DNA of 64,000 nt from an uncultured virus (IMG/VR IMGVR_UViG_3300028373_000196) (Duplodnaviria > Heunggongvirae > Uroviricota > Caudoviricetes), in the IMG/VR virus record IMGVR_UViG_3300028373_000196; one strand, 5' to 3'. A model generated the notes under the pieces. That model made no database searches. It was not told the DNA's origin and saw only the letters and a program-made list of their open reading frames with translations. The position numbers and the translations under genes were made by a program. Shown here one piece after another: positions 18,515 through 28,247 of the stretch (positions are counted from its first letter, which is position 1; each line of letters starts with the position of its first letter).

Positions 18515-21079
18515 TTATCTCGGTCTATTGTTTCTAGGGTCTCTTGGTTGTGTTTGTGGAGGCAATGTAGTAGTTGTTATTCGAGCTTGTGTCACAGATG
18601 TCTCTGTGGGCGGCTCAGGGCGTGTGGGCGGCACAGGGCGTGTGGGCGGCACAGGACTTGTATTCCGAGTTAATATGTTACCGTCAATTCTGCCTAATGC
18701 CGTTAGCGAACTTCTATACTGTGATTCAAGTTGTTGCACTTGATCAAAAAAGCTTTCTAATCCAACTAGTTTTTCTCCAATTGTTTGATAATCTCCTGAT
18801 GCAATTTCACCAATGTTTGCTCCAATTTGTGCAAGTCCAAGCAAAGAATTTGCAGCCGGGCCGGCTTCTTCTATAAAGTTATTTACGCTGCTGGCAACGC
18901 CTTCTGCGCCGATTTGGGTTGCAAAGTTGCGTATTGCACCCAAGCCGGCAAAGAAAGTATCCACAATATTTTTTAATTTGTCAATCGAACTCTGTGTTTG
19001 GTGTGCTGTTTTTGTCATTGTTAAAACTTGTAAGAATTTTCCTTGCTCAAACTTATTTTCAACTACATTACACCTATAGAGACCAGTAAACTGATCTGCA
19101 GGATCGCTTAACAATAGGTCTCTGTTGTAATCAACTGGTGTGTTAAACTTTAATAATACGTACACCTCGCCTCTTAGCGGATCTGCTTCACGGTCAGCAT
19201 TTATTCCTGGAGCCAACGGTGCAGAAACATAGTTTCCAAAATCGCTAGAATTAATAAAATAAGGATCGCCCATAATAGTCAGTTCCATACTAACAAGGTC
19301 GGAACGACTATGCAATATTAAATCTCTAAAGGTTTTTGCTGCCCGGGTTCTATCAGTGTCAATAAATGTTCCGCCGGCAGTTTTATAAAGACTTGTAACT
19401 TGTTCAATGGTTGCTCTCAACTCCCCTAGTGTATTTTCAGTTTGTTCGCTGTTTGTTGGTGTTGTAATAGGAGGAGTGCTGGGCGTTGTATATGCCGATC
19501 CTCCCCAGGATGTAACAGCTTGAGTACTTGCTTGGTTGTTGTCAGATGGGCGGCCCATAAAGTATGCTGCATTATATGTAATATTAAAATCAATAATATC
19601 TCTGTTGAGGCCAGTGTACATGTAATTGTATGCTTTAACAGCATCATCAATTGCACGATCTGTGTTGTTGGACATGCTAGGAAGAGAAACTGACGAACTA
19701 TGTATAAAATACGGATATACTTCAAATACAAATTTAAATGCCGGGCGTCCTGCAGTGGCCATTTCAGTCACTGATAAAATATAAGTTTTAATTTTGATCT
19801 TAAACCAGGGACGCATTCCAGAGCTGTCAATTGGGCGAGTTATAAATGACTGTCCCCATTTTGACAAAAGTATCACCGATGTAATTACTTGTTCAATTGT
19901 TGTTCCTTGTGGATAAGTATAAACTCGTTCAGATGGGTCAATGGATAAGCTTTCTCTATTGTAAAACTCGCCGTCCTCGTCAAATATAAATGCTTCATTT
20001 GCAAAGTCAACTGTTCCAAACTCGTTGAAGCTGTCAATCATTGCACTTGAGCCAATTTCGTTGCTGTTTTGGCTGAGGCCGTCCAATGATATTGCAGATG
20101 CAAGGTTGTTGATTGCAGATCCGATGGTATTCAATCTTGAATTAATTCCCACTTCGAGATTAGAGGCAGTGTTGGTGTCATTCAGCCCATTTCCTGAGTT
20201 AATAGATGCTATATTGTTAATAGTGTTGCCAAGATTGCCCAAAGAATTGGATACATCGCCAATGCTTTCAATTGTGTTGTTAACTACATCAAGACCGTTT
20301 TGTATTGTTTGTAATGCGCCGCCAATGGCGCCGCTGTTTGCCGGCGCATCAGGAGAGATATCAAACGGAAAGTTTATTTGGTACTGGTCGCCAATGACCT
20401 TAAATGTTCTGTCTTCGCTTAATATTTCTTGTTTGTTTATTGCATTTGTCAAACTTCTTTCACCAAAACTTAAGATTTCGGCAACAGTTGACCCCTTGAT
20501 ACTTATTTCTTCTTTTAATCCCTGCCGGGCAAACGAAAGTCCTTCGTGGTTCCACGGTGTTGCAGTAATTTCATACACTGCGCCGTCTGGTCCTGATGTA
20601 AAATTGATCGAAGAGATACTTATAACAAAATTCTTTTGTGATACTTCCTCAAAAGTTCCGTCATCTTTCCAGCCTTTGAATTGCAGGCTTAGCAAATACG
20701 GTGCTTGAATATAATTGTCAAACCCTGCTCGTCTGGCTGCTAATGCTGCTGTTTGCAAAAATAATCCCAAGCTGTAAGGCTCGTGCACTTTGAAACTCAA
20801 GTTTGCAATAGCAACAGCAGGAGCATCAGAAGTAGGAGTAAAATTATTATCCAGTATTACATCATCAATAAAGAATTCGACATTTGAATCAATGTCTTCT
20901 TCCATTTGTGTGGTTGTAGTTTTTTTATTTCCGATGCCACCTGAGCTAATAATTTGTAGCTTTCCCTGTGTGCCTATATATTCTTCTGGACGATTAACTT
21001 CGCCGGGATACATTGCACTCATAGTCCAAATATAGTTATACGATACGTATTTGTGCAGTGGATTGGCCAGTAATGCCAT
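18515..21079 (-). CDS. Baseplate hub/tail protein
   Basis: 854 aa. NPLHKYVSYNY, KAYNYMYTGLNRDIIDFNI and MELTIMGDPYFI motifs; lies between the gp5- and gp53-like genes. Confidence 0.6.
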   Translation of the reverse strand: MALLANPLHKYVSYNYIWTMSAMYPGEVNRPEEYIGTQGKLQIISSGGIGNKKTTTTQMEEDIDSNVEFFIDDVILDNNFTPTSDAPAVAIANLSFKVHEPYSLGLFLQTAALAARRAGFDNYIQAPYLLSLQFKGWKDDGTFEEVSQKNFVISISSINFTSGPDGAVYEITATPWNHEGLSFARQGLKEEISIKGSTVAEILSFGERSLTNAINKQEILSEDRTFKVIGDQYQINFPFDISPDAPANSGAIGGALQTIQNGLDVVNNTIESIGDVSNSLGNLGNTINNIASINSGNGLNDTNTASNLEVGINSRLNTIGSAINNLASAISLDGLSQNSNEIGSSAMIDSFNEFGTVDFANEAFIFDEDGEFYNRESLSIDPSERVYTYPQGTTIEQVITSVILLSKWGQSFITRPIDSSGMRPWFKIKIKTYILSVTEMATAGRPAFKFVFEVYPYFIHSSSVSLPSMSNNTDRAIDDAVKAYNYMYTGLNRDIIDFNITYNAAYFMGRPSDNNQASTQAVTSWGGSAYTTPSTPPITTPTNSEQTENTLGELRATIEQVTSLYKTAGGTFIDTDRTRAAKTFRDLILHSRSDLVSMELTIMGDPYFINSSDFGNYVSAPLAPGINADREADPLRGEVYVLLKFNTPVDYNRDLLLSDPADQFTGLYRCNVVENKFEQGKFLQVLTMTKTAHQTQSSIDKLKNIVDTFFAGLGAIRNFATQIGAEGVASSVNNFIEEAGPAANSLLGLAQIGANIGEIASGDYQTIGEKLVGLESFFDQVQQLESQYRSSLTALGRIDGNILTRNTSPVPPTRPVPPTRPEPPTETSVTQARITTTTLPPQTQPRDPRNNRPR
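18604..18656. repeat. Short 18-nt tandem repeat encoding a PVPPTR linker
   Basis: gggcggc(t/a)cagggcgtgt units, about 3 copies, in-frame within the 854-aa ORF. Confidence 0.8.
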
Positions 21080-21082
21080 GTA

Positions 21083-21385
21083 TTAAACTCCTAACAATGA
21101 TGATAATGTTGATTTCTTTGGTAAAAATATTTGTGTCCCTGGAATAAAATCAAATAATGGATCTTTTAAAACTTCAATGTTTCTTTCCGTAAACACCCAC
21201 CACAATTTTGGTGTGTCATACAAGTCAAATGCTAACAAATCTGGCCTATATGTGTATTGTGGTGTAATTTCGTACAGTATGTCACTTGGATCAGATGGTA
21301 TTGATCGCTTTTGCCAAAAGTCTAGATATCCTCCGCTGTTTGTTTTTGTTAATCCGTAAGGACTTGATTTATTGTATCTTGCCAT
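21083..21385 (-). CDS. Baseplate wedge protein, gp53-like (LysM-like)
   Basis: 100 aa, YRPDLLAFDLYDTPKLWWVF motif. Confidence 0.75.
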   Translation of the reverse strand: MARYNKSSPYGLTKTNSGGYLDFWQKRSIPSDPSDILYEITPQYTYRPDLLAFDLYDTPKLWWVFTERNIEVLKDPLFDFIPGTQIFLPKKSTLSSLLGV

Positions 21386-22260
21386 TATATAATTCCTTGT
21401 CCGCCGCCAATGTATCCACCCTGTACATAAGTATCTAGGCTGAATTTTCTCACAGTGTCTCTGCTGTATGCAGGCGATACTGTGATGTTCAAACGACTTA
21501 ATGTTGGAACATGACTGTATCCGCCAGGTACAGAAGTTCTTGACAATTCCGGAGTTTGACTTAAATCTAAACTGTTTGATACAGGAACTTGAAGATAATC
21601 AACGCTATCCGGCAAGTCAAGGGTAAACAACTTAACCACACACGGCATCTTGTTAAAAACAAAGTCTCCGTATCCACTTAAATGAACCAATGGTGGCGGT
21701 GCGCCTAGATGGCTGCTGTTGCCGTAAAACATTTTTGTTGCACTTCTCATAAAGTGTACTGCGGATATCCAATATCTTCCGTCTGTTTCGTTTTCAACTG
21801 GAAATTCTGCAGTGATAGTAATGTCTTCGACTGTACTGCTTTGATAAACAGGATAAGCATAGTTAGTATGCGTGGGTTGCAGGTTATTGTAATTTGCAGC
21901 ATGAGTAACTAATATTTGAGGAGTAGTCGGGAACACCATACTGTTGTTTGAATCATATAATGGTTGTAATATCGGGGAATTCATAAAGGACGGTATGTTG
22001 GTAGGAAGATGCAATCTTACTCTCCAGTCACTTCCTCCTGATTCTGACCCTGCACTCCAGCTAACCGGAGTATAATCTTCATAGGTTTCTTCGGCGCCAG
22101 CAGGGAGACCACCTAGTCTAGCCATGCGAGAAATACCCAGGGCGCTTCCAAAATTACCAAGTGCATTTGTTACCCCTACTCCGGCGCCGAGTATCCTTGA
22201 TGCATCACTTGCAGTACCTTGCACTGTTTGTAAAAAATTGTTGATTCCTGATGTTGCCAT
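21385..22260 (-). CDS. Tail tube/baseplate-tube junction protein (gp48/gp54-like)
   Basis: 291 aa, FPTTPQI...HFMRSATKMFYG...PPPLVHLSGYGDFVFNKMPCVV; SD AGGAG upstream. Confidence 0.6.
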   Translation of the reverse strand: MATSGINNFLQTVQGTASDASRILGAGVGVTNALGNFGSALGISRMARLGGLPAGAEETYEDYTPVSWSAGSESGGSDWRVRLHLPTNIPSFMNSPILQPLYDSNNSMVFPTTPQILVTHAANYNNLQPTHTNYAYPVYQSSTVEDITITAEFPVENETDGRYWISAVHFMRSATKMFYGNSSHLGAPPPLVHLSGYGDFVFNKMPCVVKLFTLDLPDSVDYLQVPVSNSLDLSQTPELSRTSVPGGYSHVPTLSRLNITVSPAYSRDTVRKFSLDTYVQGGYIGGGQGII

Positions 22261-22278
22261 TATTTGTTTCTCCTACAG

Positions 22279-22284
22279 TATTTA
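22279..22284 (-). promoter_or_regulatory. Late promoter (TAAATA core) for the baseplate operon
   Basis: Resembles the T4 late promoter TATAAATA; upstream of the SD of the first minus-strand gene. The same core recurs before many structural genes. Confidence 0.65.
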
Positions 22285-22285
22285 G

Positions 22286-22314
22286 TTGACAAAATTAACT
22301 ATGTGTATTATTAT
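22286..22314 (+). promoter_or_regulatory. Sigma70-type promoter for gp55
   Basis: TTGACA-17 nt-TATTAT. Confidence 0.7.
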
Positions 22315-22335
22315 AATACTAAGTTTGGAGAAACT

Positions 22336-23166
22336 ATGAAAAGAGTAAACTATCTCAATAATAAAGACATGCTGAAAGAAATTCACAAGTCGAAAAGCAC
22401 GTATTCTAGCTTTGTTGCGCCCGAATACGCTAATCACGACATTATTTTACTGAGTACTAATGAAATTAATATCAGGACAGTAGCCGAAGCTAAACGCAAC
22501 AAAGCAAAGAAACTTAGCTCGGAAGAATATGATTGTCGAAAGAAAGCCGGCGAAAAGGTAAAGCAAGCTGATTGTGAACACGACTATAGAAAAATAGAAA
22601 AACACGATCTGATTTTTAGAGTTATGACATTTGACCATATACCAGAAGAGCCCGGTCGTAAGAAAAACCCCAAGACTGTTGCTGATACCAAGACCAAGTT
22701 AAACTTTCCTCCGTTTCACCATTACAAGTACAACGAAAATGATGAATTAATTCTAGTAGGCAAGAGTCATTGGCAGGGCGGTATGGAAAACGGACATTTT
22801 TCCAAAGAACACGGAAGAGCTACCAACACACTTGCAATGATGTGGTTGAAGTTGTGCGAACGATATGCAACCAGGGGCAATGTAAGAGGTTACACTTACA
22901 ATGACGAAATGAAAGGACAGGCTATTTTGCAGTTGGCTCAGATCGGGTTGCAATTTGACGAATCAAAGAGTCAAAACCCATTTGCTTACTACACTGCTGC
23001 TGTTACCAACTCATTTGTTAGAGTTATTAACATCGAACAGCGAAATCGGCAAGTAAGAGACAACATTCTTGAAATGAATAACCTAACTCCGTCGTTTACT
23101 CGGCAAGCCGAAGGCGAATACGAGCTGGGGCTTCAAAGATTTGAAGACTCTCATAAAAAGAAATAG
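22336..23166 (+). CDS. gp55: Late transcription sigma factor, gp55-like
   Basis: NYLNNKDMLKEIHKSK...RGYTYNDEM...FDESKSQNPFAYYT. Start placed at ATG 22336 (SD GGAG) rather than at the track's 22264. Confidence 0.85.
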   Translation: MKRVNYLNNKDMLKEIHKSKSTYSSFVAPEYANHDIILLSTNEINIRTVAEAKRNKAKKLSSEEYDCRKKAGEKVKQADCEHDYRKIEKHDLIFRVMTFDHIPEEPGRKKNPKTVADTKTKLNFPPFHHYKYNENDELILVGKSHWQGGMENGHFSKEHGRATNTLAMMWLKLCERYATRGNVRGYTYNDEMKGQAILQLAQIGLQFDESKSQNPFAYYTAAVTNSFVRVINIEQRNRQVRDNILEMNNLTPSFTRQAEGEYELGLQRFEDSHKKK

Positions 23167-23167
23167 T

Positions 23168-23196
23168 TGACTTAATGACTTTATTGCTTTATACTA
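23168..23196 (+). promoter_or_regulatory. Sigma70-type promoter for gp47/gp46
   Basis: TTGACT-17 nt-TATACT. Confidence 0.7.
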
Positions 23197-23218
23197 TAAT
23201 AAATTACGGAGTATAAAT

Positions 23219-24229
23219 TTGTTTAAAAAAGCAGCGGTCTTTACTGACCTTCATCTTGGAATGAAAGGTAATTCCAAGGTACACAACAACGATTGTGAAG
23301 AATTTGTCGACTGGTACATTGCTACTGCAAAAGCAAATGGCTGCGAAACTGGAATCTTCTGCGGCGACTGGAATCATAATAGAAATGCACTAAATTTAAC
23401 CACAATGGACAGTGGATTGCGGTGTTTGGAGAAACTAGGTGCAGCGTTTGACAAATTTTATATGTTTGCAGGCAACCATGATCTCTATTACAAAGACAAA
23501 AGAGATGTTAAGTCCACAGAGTTTGCAAAACATGTTCCGGGAATTACAGTTGTTAACGAAACTTTCATCGATGGTGACGTTGCACTGGTTCCGTGGCTAG
23601 TGGGCGACGAATGGAAAGGTATTTCCAAGATTAAATCAAAGTATTTGTTTGGACACTTCGAATTGCCATCGTTCTACATGAACGCAATGGTGCAAATGCC
23701 CGATCACGGTGAGCTAAAAGCTGAACATTTCAAACATCAAGAGTATGTGTTCAGCGGCCACTTCCACAAACGTCAGAAACAAGGCAAAGTTCACTACATG
23801 GGCAATGCGTTTCCTCACAACTATGCTGATGCATGGGACGATGACAGAGGAATGATGATACTGGACACTGAAAACAATGCCGAACCACAGTATATCAATT
23901 GGGAACAATGTCCTAAGTATCGCACAGTTACTCTTAGTAGGCTGATCGATGAGAAAGATGAATTGATCAAAAATAAGATGTACCTTAGGGTAGTACTCGA
24001 CATACCAATCAGCTTTGAGGAAGCATCTTTCATTAAAGAAACATTCATGGAAGAGTACAAATGTCGAGAAATTACATTAATACCGCAGAAACAACTCGAA
24101 GAAATTAATACCGGACTTGATATCGAACAGTTCGAGAGTGTTGATCAAATTGTTAGTAACGAAATACTTGCAATCGATAGTGAAGCCTTTGATAAAAAGG
24201 TTCTTTTGGATATTTATAACGACTTATGA
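23219..24229 (+). CDS. gp47: Recombination endonuclease subunit (Mre11/SbcD-like metallophosphoesterase)
   Basis: DLHLG, GD, GNHD and SGHFH motifs; TTG start with GGAG SD. Confidence 0.92.
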   Translation: MFKKAAVFTDLHLGMKGNSKVHNNDCEEFVDWYIATAKANGCETGIFCGDWNHNRNALNLTTMDSGLRCLEKLGAAFDKFYMFAGNHDLYYKDKRDVKSTEFAKHVPGITVVNETFIDGDVALVPWLVGDEWKGISKIKSKYLFGHFELPSFYMNAMVQMPDHGELKAEHFKHQEYVFSGHFHKRQKQGKVHYMGNAFPHNYADAWDDDRGMMILDTENNAEPQYINWEQCPKYRTVTLSRLIDEKDELIKNKMYLRVVLDIPISFEEASFIKETFMEEYKCREITLIPQKQLEEINTGLDIEQFESVDQIVSNEILAIDSEAFDKKVLLDIYNDL

Positions 24230-24495
24230 TAAAAATTAAAGACTTAACCGCAAAGAACTTTATGTCAGTGGGGAATGTAACGCAAGCTGTGGATTTTGAT
24301 AAAGAACAGTTAACACTAGTGCTTGGTGAGAACCTTGATCAAGGTGGTGACGACAATGGTTCACGAAACGGTACTGGCAAATGCCTTTGTATAAATACTA
24401 TTGTAAAGGTAAGAAACACTGTTACAGGTGAAATTTACAAAACAACAATAGGAGAGCTATACAATGCCGCGATGGAACAACAGTCTAAAAAATAA
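24226..24495 (+). CDS. gp46: gp46 N-extein (52 aa, ending in Walker A NGTGK) fused to the N-fragment of a split intein (37 aa)
   Basis: MIKIKDLTAKNFMSVG...NGTGK|CLCINTIVKVRNTVTGEIYKTTIGELYNAAMEQQSKK*; intein Cys1 codon at 24382. Confidence 0.9.
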   Translation: MIKIKDLTAKNFMSVGNVTQAVDFDKEQLTLVLGENLDQGGDDNGSRNGTGKCLCINTIVKVRNTVTGEIYKTTIGELYNAAMEQQSKK

Positions 24496-25917
24496 TTGCA
24501 TTGATATATTAAATAATGTAATTAAAAATATAGAAACAAATACTTATAATAAGATGCTTGATGAAGTGTTAGCTTTAGATATAAAAAATAATAAAAAAAA
24601 TATCGAAACCTATATTAGAAATAGATTAGGTATTGTTACAAAAGATTCAAGACATACAAAAAAGTATTGGACCCTCAGAGGCTGGACAGACAACGAAGCT
24701 TATGTTAATTCAAAAGAAAACAAACAAAAAAATTATAAAAGTGTATATAGCAGAGAATTTTGGTTAGAAAAAATTAACCTGTCTACTAACAAGCTTTATA
24801 CAGTCGAAGAAGCAGATTTTGAACGTAACAGTCGTCGACCTATTAGAAAAGAATATTGGATTAATAAAGGATATAACGTCGAAGACGCATCCAGGCTAGC
24901 AAAAGAAACAAAATCTTCTAATAACAAAAAAGGAGCAAAAAAATCTGCAGATTCGGATGTAAGACGTGTTACATCAAAACGATGTATTGAATATTATACT
25001 ACAAGAGGTTATAACAAAGAAGAATCTAAAAAATTAGTAGCCAAAGGTCAAAAATATTTTTCTAAAGATATATGTATCGAAAAATATGGAAAAGAAAGAG
25101 GATTAAAAATTTGGCAAGATCGACAAGACCGTTGGCAAGAGACATTAAATTCAAAGTCAGATAAAGAGAAAGCAAGAATTAATCGATTAAAACTTACAAA
25201 AGGAATAACCGTTTCGGCTGCTGAAAAAAAAATTATTAATGAAGTAGAGAAAACATATAAAGACTTAATAATTATACCGCAATTTACCTTATCAGTTAAC
25301 AATAAAAAACAATATGTTTACGATATTGCTTGCAAAAATAAAATTATTGAATACAACGGAGACTTTTGGCACTGTAATCCTAAAAAATATTCTGCAGATT
25401 ATATAAATCCTAGAACTAAACTGATAGCTTCTGAAAAATGGAAGTTAGACGAACAAAAAATTAAATTTGCCGAAGATCAAGGATACGAAGTTTTAGTTGT
25501 CTGGGAAAGTGATTTTAAAAGAAATAAAGAGGAAGTATTAGAGAAATGCATACAATTTCTAACACAATAGAAAGAAAGTTTATTGATAGCCTGGATCTAT
25601 CCAACTTGGAAATTGAAACAGATAGCGGGTGGCATCCTGTAACTACTATTCACAAAACTGTTCCATATACAGTGTGGAAACTAGAGACTGATTCTGGATT
25701 AATTCTAGAATGTGCTGATACTCATATTGTGTTCGACCAAAGCTTCGATGAAATTTTTGTTAAAGATATTATCAAAAACAAAACAAAAATAATAACAAAG
25801 CACGGTCCTGATCTAGTTGTAAAACTTATCAAAACCGACCTTTGCGAGAATATGTTTGACGTAACAGTAGATAGCAATGATCACAGATTTTATTCAAACA
25901 ACATACTTTCGCATAAT
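24382..25917 (+). mobile_element. Fractured-gene element: IntN, free-standing endonuclease ORF, IntC
   Basis: Intein block A at 24382, C-terminal SHN ending at 25917 followed by Thr; AT-rich endonuclease ORF in another frame between the halves. Confidence 0.88.
24464..25570 (+). CDS. Putative homing endonuclease (C-terminal Vsr/DUF559-like PD-(D/E)xK domain, N-terminal repeated YWxxxG DNA-binding modules)
   Basis: YDIACKNKIIEYNGDFWHCNP...GYEVLVVWESD; overlaps both gp46 fragments; SD GGAG. Confidence 0.8.
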   Translation: MPRWNNSLKNNCIDILNNVIKNIETNTYNKMLDEVLALDIKNNKKNIETYIRNRLGIVTKDSRHTKKYWTLRGWTDNEAYVNSKENKQKNYKSVYSREFWLEKINLSTNKLYTVEEADFERNSRRPIRKEYWINKGYNVEDASRLAKETKSSNNKKGAKKSADSDVRRVTSKRCIEYYTTRGYNKEESKKLVAKGQKYFSKDICIEKYGKERGLKIWQDRQDRWQETLNSKSDKEKARINRLKLTKGITVSAAEKKIINEVEKTYKDLIIIPQFTLSVNNKKQYVYDIACKNKIIEYNGDFWHCNPKKYSADYINPRTKLIASEKWKLDEQKIKFAEDQGYEVLVVWESDFKRNKEEVLEKCIQFLTQ

Positions 25918-27546
25918 ACCACTATCATCAACGCATTGTCGTATGCGCTTTACGGACAAGCGCTTACTAACATCAAACGGAACAACTTGATCAACAAGAC
26001 CAACCGCAAAGGTATGTTGGTTACACTAAACTTTGAAAAGGGAGGACTAACTTATCGCATCGAGCGTGGAAGATCTCCTAATGTACTCAAATTTTATGTA
26101 AACGATATTGAACAAGTTGACGCTACTACCGACGAAAGTCAAGGCGACAGCAGAGAAACACAAAAGGCAATTGGTACATTACTAGGAATGACCCACAACA
26201 TGTTCAAGCATATTGTAGCTCTAAACACCTACTCCGAACCGTTCCTTAGTATGAGAACCAATGATCAAAGAGAGATCATCGAACAGCTATTAGGTATTAC
26301 CTTGCTTTCCGAGAAGGCCGAAGTACTCAAAGAGAAGGTAAAGCGAACAAAAGAGTCTATTACCGAAGAAACTCTTAAGATCAGTTCCATTCAAACAAGC
26401 AATGAGAAGATTGGCCAGAGTATTAACACACTAAAGACTCGACGGAATGCATGGAACACCAAGACAAAGCAGGATATTGTAAAGTTTCAGTCAGCAATTA
26501 CAGAACTCGAGCGTCTAGACATTGACAAAGAGCTAGAAGCTCACGATTTGCTTGCCAACTGGACCAAGCACAACAACGAAATAACAGCACTCAACAAGGA
26601 AAAGTCAACACTGGACTCTGCTATGTTACGGGCTGACAAAGGTGTGAGTACACTTGTTAATGATATATCCGGGTTAGACAATGCAACGTGTTACACATGC
26701 GGACAAGAACTTCATGCAGACAAAAAAGCAGAGATTACAGCTAAACGGAACAAAGAACTAGAGGATGCTACTACATACCAGAGCGAAGTTGCTCGTAAAC
26801 TCGGTACAGTACTAACAGCACTTGAAAACATTGGCGATATCAACGGCAGACCAAAGACTTATTATGAAAATGCCAAAGAAGCCTATGAGCATCGAAATAA
26901 TGTCGACTCACTAACCAATGCTCTGCAAACCAAACTCGATGACGAAGACCCTTACCAGCAGCAAATTGACGATTTAACCGAAACTGCATTGCAAGATGTG
27001 AGTTGGGATGAAGTAAACACACTTACATTGCTAAAAGAGCACCAAGAGTTCCTTCTCAAGCTGTTAACCAACAAGGACAGTTTTATTCGCAAGAAGATCA
27101 TTGATCAAAACCTTGCTTACCTCAACAGCAGGCTAACTTCATACCTTGACAAGCTAGGATTACCACATCAGGTACAATTTCAAAATGATTTATCTGTAGA
27201 AATCACACAACTAGGCCAAGATTTGGACTTTGACAACTTGTCAAGAGGAGAACGCAACAGATTGATCCTAGGATTGAGCTTTGCATTCCGCGATGTATGG
27301 GAATCGTTGTACCAAGGTGTTAATTTACTGTTCATAGACGAACTTATTGACAGCGGAATGGACACAGCCGGAGTTGAAAATTCTCTTGCTATCCTAAAGA
27401 AGATGGGAAGAGAAAGAAATAAGAATATATTTTTAATATCTCACAAAGATGAGCTAATTGGTAGAGTTAACCACTTATTAAAGGTGATTAAAGAAAACGG
27501 CTTTACAACCTTTAGTAACGATCTTGAAATTAGCAGTGTTGTGTAA
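25546..27546 (+). CDS. gp46: Split-intein C-fragment (124 aa) fused to the gp46 C-extein (Rad50/SbcC-like ATPase)
   Basis: IETDSGW...ECADTH...MFDVTV...FYSNNILSHN|TTIINALSYALYG; zinc-hook CYTC, signature LSRGE, Walker B LLFIDE, ISH. Confidence 0.92.
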   Translation: MHTISNTIERKFIDSLDLSNLEIETDSGWHPVTTIHKTVPYTVWKLETDSGLILECADTHIVFDQSFDEIFVKDIIKNKTKIITKHGPDLVVKLIKTDLCENMFDVTVDSNDHRFYSNNILSHNTTIINALSYALYGQALTNIKRNNLINKTNRKGMLVTLNFEKGGLTYRIERGRSPNVLKFYVNDIEQVDATTDESQGDSRETQKAIGTLLGMTHNMFKHIVALNTYSEPFLSMRTNDQREIIEQLLGITLLSEKAEVLKEKVKRTKESITEETLKISSIQTSNEKIGQSINTLKTRRNAWNTKTKQDIVKFQSAITELERLDIDKELEAHDLLANWTKHNNEITALNKEKSTLDSAMLRADKGVSTLVNDISGLDNATCYTCGQELHADKKAEITAKRNKELEDATTYQSEVARKLGTVLTALENIGDINGRPKTYYENAKEAYEHRNNVDSLTNALQTKLDDEDPYQQQIDDLTETALQDVSWDEVNTLTLLKEHQEFLLKLLTNKDSFIRKKIIDQNLAYLNSRLTSYLDKLGLPHQVQFQNDLSVEITQLGQDLDFDNLSRGERNRLILGLSFAFRDVWESLYQGVNLLFIDELIDSGMDTAGVENSLAILKKMGRERNKNIFLISHKDELIGRVNHLLKVIKENGFTTFSNDLEISSVV

Positions 27547-27550
27547 CTAA

Positions 27551-27790
27551 ATGATAGATGATGATAACGACCTGCACGATCAGTTAGCAAGAGCATTTTT
27601 AGAATACTTTAAAGCAAACGAGGTGTTTATTCGTAAACCCTCGCTTGCCAAGCGAGTTGCTGCAAGGAAATGGCTGAGTACTATTATGTTATTAGCTAAG
27701 AATCGACGAGAAGAAATATTAGATTCACACAGGTATAAAGGCGAAAAAAACTACATCAAGAAGAAAAATATCAAAAAGAAGGCTCCGTAA
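27551..27790 (+). CDS. Small basic protein, possibly Hc1 histone-like
   Basis: 79 aa, AARKWLSTIMLLAKNRREEI resembles the Hc1-type helical motif; Lys-rich tail. Confidence 0.4.
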   Translation: MIDDDNDLHDQLARAFLEYFKANEVFIRKPSLAKRVAARKWLSTIMLLAKNRREEILDSHRYKGEKNYIKKKNIKKKAP

Positions 27791-27812
27791 AAACTTCATA
27801 GGTAAGTACTGT

Positions 27813-28247
27813 ATGCAATGGATGTACAATGACGAACCGGTTGAAAATATACCAGAAGGCTACATAGGCTTCGTTTATCTTATTACAAATTTGACAAACA
27901 ATAGAAAATACATAGGCAAAAAACTCACAGAGTTTAAAACAACCAAACCACCTCTTAAAGGCAAAAAAAATAAAAGGCGCGGCACTAAAGAAAGCGACTG
28001 GAGAACCTACTGGGGCTCATCGGATAAGTTGCTTGCTGACATCGCTGCACTCGGTGACGACAAATTTACTAGGGAAATACTTTTCTACTGCATGAGCAGA
28101 GGTGAATTAAGTTACATAGAGGCAAAACAGCAGTTTGATCGTAAAGTTCTTGAAACAGATGATTACTACAACGGTATCATTAACGTAAGAGTAGGCGGAT
28201 CAAATATACTTCGGCAGCGATTGTTAGAACATGCCAAAAAAAAGTAA
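27813..28247 (+). CDS. Stand-alone GIY-YIG nuclease (T4 EndoII/Seg-like)
   Basis: GFVYLITNLTNNRKYIGKK...YWGSS...E...YYNG; 144 aa with no evident appended DNA-binding domain. Confidence 0.8.
   Translation: MQWMYNDEPVENIPEGYIGFVYLITNLTNNRKYIGKKLTEFKTTKPPLKGKKNKRRGTKESDWRTYWGSSDKLLADIAALGDDKFTREILFYCMSRGELSYIEAKQQFDRKVLETDDYYNGIINVRVGGSNILRQRLLEHAKKK

Noticed and set aside
24496..25545. Group I intron interrupting gp46
   Set aside because: The interval is fully occupied by the endonuclease ORF, no P/Q/R/S core elements were seen, and both flanks carry intein motifs with the second ORF having its own start.
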